A stretch of DNA of 5,734 bases, from IMG/VR virus record IMGVR_UViG_3300017613_000266, positions 1 to 5,734 of that record; one strand, written 5' to 3'. The notes beneath the pieces were generated by a model. That model did not search any database. It was given only the letters and a program-made list of their open reading frames with translations, and was not told where the DNA came from. Shown one piece after another: positions 4,247-5,734 of the stretch. Every line of letters begins with the position of its first letter. The first letter of the stretch is position 1. A program made the position numbers and the translations under genes. The DNA is from a virus.

Positions 4247-5303
4247 ATTGGTTCTGATCTTTCCCCCCCCCTAAATAACGTGCGGACTTATCTCTGAAGT
4301 CCGGGTTCTGTACCCCAAAGATACTCAATAACCAATCCTCATAGTCGTCACTTCCTAGCCTGTTCTCTGCTTCCAAAAACCTTGTCAACGCTTGCGTCCT
4401 TCTCAGCTCCATTATCTCTAACTCTGATGTTCCCGGTAACTGCGTTGCATCTTTCCAACTTATATCTCTATTAGTACCTGCTTCTTCCATATACTGACTA
4501 CCACCCGGAAATGTTACATCTCCTGCCGCTGGCACACTATTATCTGCTGCATCTTCCCATTGTAACTTTCTATCATCATTAGCATACATATCCAGGTCTA
4601 GTATCACATCATCAGCACTACCTTTATACGCCTGCGGCGTCGCACCCCAAAAATAGTCCATCTCTTTATGCACTCTCCATGGCGCTCCCATTATCTGCCT
4701 TGCTGTCGCTCCCTGTCGATCTCCTCCCTCTAATGTTATTTGCCAATTACTTGTTGGCCCACACAATCTTTCTACTAACCACTCGTTTCTGTAGTACTCA
4801 TCCACTATCAACCAATAGGCTATCTGCTTTATCAAATTAATTTCTATCGCACTTGCTACCGTCTCTGCATTATCTATTATCGGCAATCCAAAATAACAAT
4901 TCAAACTATCTTGGTCGTAACAACTAGCTTGCACGTCTACTGTATCAATCGTCACATGCGGCACTATGTCATTCATAAATATATTCTCCGGATCACCTTG
5001 TATAAAACTCTCCCAATCACTGTTCGTAATCCCTATCCTAGGCATAACCAATCTATTAGGCACCCAATGATGGTGCACATAACAATCAATCCTTGTCATA
5101 AATGGTCTTAACACTGGCGCATAATCAATTCTCACATTACTTTTCAAACTCAAACTATCCCCAGGCACAATCTCATAATGTCCAATCGGCATCAAATAAC
5201 CTAATTGTCCACTACCCATCACATAATGACTCAAATCAATTCTACTTTTCTCCGGCCTTTTAACCGGAATCCTTCTTGCTGGATTTCTTTCTATCAAATT
5301 CAT
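4239..5303 (-). CDS. VP1: Major capsid protein (VP1/F family), N-terminal fragment ending just after the G9 run
   Basis: This is a 354-aa ORF. Its N-terminus IDLSHYVMGSGQLGYLMPIGHYEIVPGDSLSLKSNVRIDYAPVLRPFMTRIDCYVHHHWVPNRLV follows the Microviridae capsid pattern (DLSH...G.L.P...E..PGD...R...P...FFVPxRLVW-like). The segment FGVQNPDFRDKSARYLGGG resembles the conserved ...RLQRPEYLGG block as I recall it. The ATG overlaps the VP4 TGA (ATGA at 5300-5303). Confidence 0.9.
   Translation of the reverse strand: MNLIERNPARRIPVKRPEKSRIDLSHYVMGSGQLGYLMPIGHYEIVPGDSLSLKSNVRIDYAPVLRPFMTRIDCYVHHHWVPNRLVMPRIGITNSDWESFIQGDPENIFMNDIVPHVTIDTVDVQASCYDQDSLNCYFGLPIIDNAETVASAIEINLIKQIAYWLIVDEYYRNEWLVERLCGPTSNWQITLEGGDRQGATARQIMGAPWRVHKEMDYFWGATPQAYKGSADDVILDLDMYANDDRKLQWEDAADNSVPAAGDVTFPGGSQYMEEAGTNRDISWKDATQLPGTSELEIMELRRTQALTRFLEAENRLGSDDYEDWLLSIFGVQNPDFRDKSARYLGGGKDQNQCE
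4263..4271. repeat. C9 homopolymer (G9 on the coding strand) at the VP1 frame break
   Basis: The given strand reads tt ccccccccc taaataacg. The coding strand reads cgt tat tta ggg ggg ggg aaa gat cag aac caa tgt gaa tag. It is the only homopolymer inside the 33-nt window in which the two VP1 frames are both open. Confidence 0.95.
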
Positions 5304-5734
5304 AACTTTCCCTTTTTATTCAATAATACATTTTCCTTTATCCTAACAGCCTCCGCTTCTTCTCTTCTAATCCTCTGATCACTCCCCCCAATATCTCCAA
5401 GCTCTTCACCTTGGACTCTCTCCTCTTTCGCTCTCTCCTGCTTTCTTTCGGCTTTCCTTCCTTTTCTAATTGCCATTGTCTCTTCCTTGCTTCGTAGTCG
5501 TACCCCAGGTGTCTCACCTCTAACGGTCCTTCCTTCTTCCGCTTCGTACTCGTACTCCCATTTTTTCTTTTCATCTCCATAGATTTTTTTCTTATAATAC
5601 GTCCCGATCGGCTGCTTATAACCTCCTTCACAACCAACATAATTATTCTTAGTCCTAGTAATATAATTTCTATTCTCATCATTTATCCAATTAGCTCCAA
5701 TTCCTGGATTCTTACTCATAAACTGCATCGGCTT
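5300..5734 (-). CDS. VP4: Replication initiator VP4, C-terminal part (same gene as 1-798; 5636-5734 duplicates 1-99)
   Basis: The frame is open from 5734 down to the TGA at 5300-5302. It contains SKNPGIG and GYKQPIGTYYKKKIY, which correspond to the PGIG and PRYY-type blocks I recall from microvirus VP4 proteins. A charged E/R/K-rich tail of about 92 aa follows. The stop overlaps the VP1 ATG. Confidence 0.9.
   Translation of the reverse strand, partial: KPMQFMSKNPGIGANWINDENRNYITRTKNNYVGCEGGYKQPIGTYYKKKIYGDEKKKWEYEYEAEEGRTVRGETPGVRLRSKEETMAIRKGRKAERKQERAKEERVQGEELGDIGGSDQRIRREEAEAVRIKENVLLNKKGKL
5636..5734. repeat. Terminal direct repeat, copy 2 (identical to 1-99)
   Basis: See copy 1. Confidence 0.95.

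Noticed and set aside
3748-4297. Plus-strand ORFs of 71 and 103 aa, plus 4911-5111 (66 aa)
   Set aside because: They lie antisense to the major capsid gene and have no start context. No gene in this genome is otherwise on the plus strand.

Overview
This window appears to be one complete circular Microviridae-type ssDNA phage genome, shown as the reverse complement of its coding strand. Bases 1-99 repeat exactly at 5636-5734, so the unique unit is 5635 nt, and the repeat is most simply the end overlap of an assembled circle. Every credible gene is on the minus strand.

Three core genes are recognisable. The first is a rolling-circle HUH replication initiator (VP4, phiX174 A-like, 377 aa), whose reading frame runs through the circular junction. 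The second is the major capsid protein (VP1/F family), which is split into 354-aa and 209-aa ORFs by a one-base frame break inside a C9 run (G9 on the coding strand). The third is a VP2/H-like DNA pilot protein (321 aa).

The remaining genes are small. Two overlapping ORFs (76 and 109 aa) lie downstream of VP1. A chain of six small ORFs (34, 87, 52, 57, 65 and 22 aa) lies between VP2 and VP4, and four of them were too short for the supplied ORF track. Five gene junctions in the genome are ATGA stop/start overlaps, and some reuse near-identical junction sequences.

The most unusual region is a roughly 320-nt island (about 2810-3140). It is much richer in G+C than the rest of the genome, it loses the strong strand skew seen in every gene, and it folds into a run of consecutive hairpins. 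I cannot assign it to any known RNA family from sequence alone. All family assignments rest on motifs I read in hand translations, because no database search was possible.
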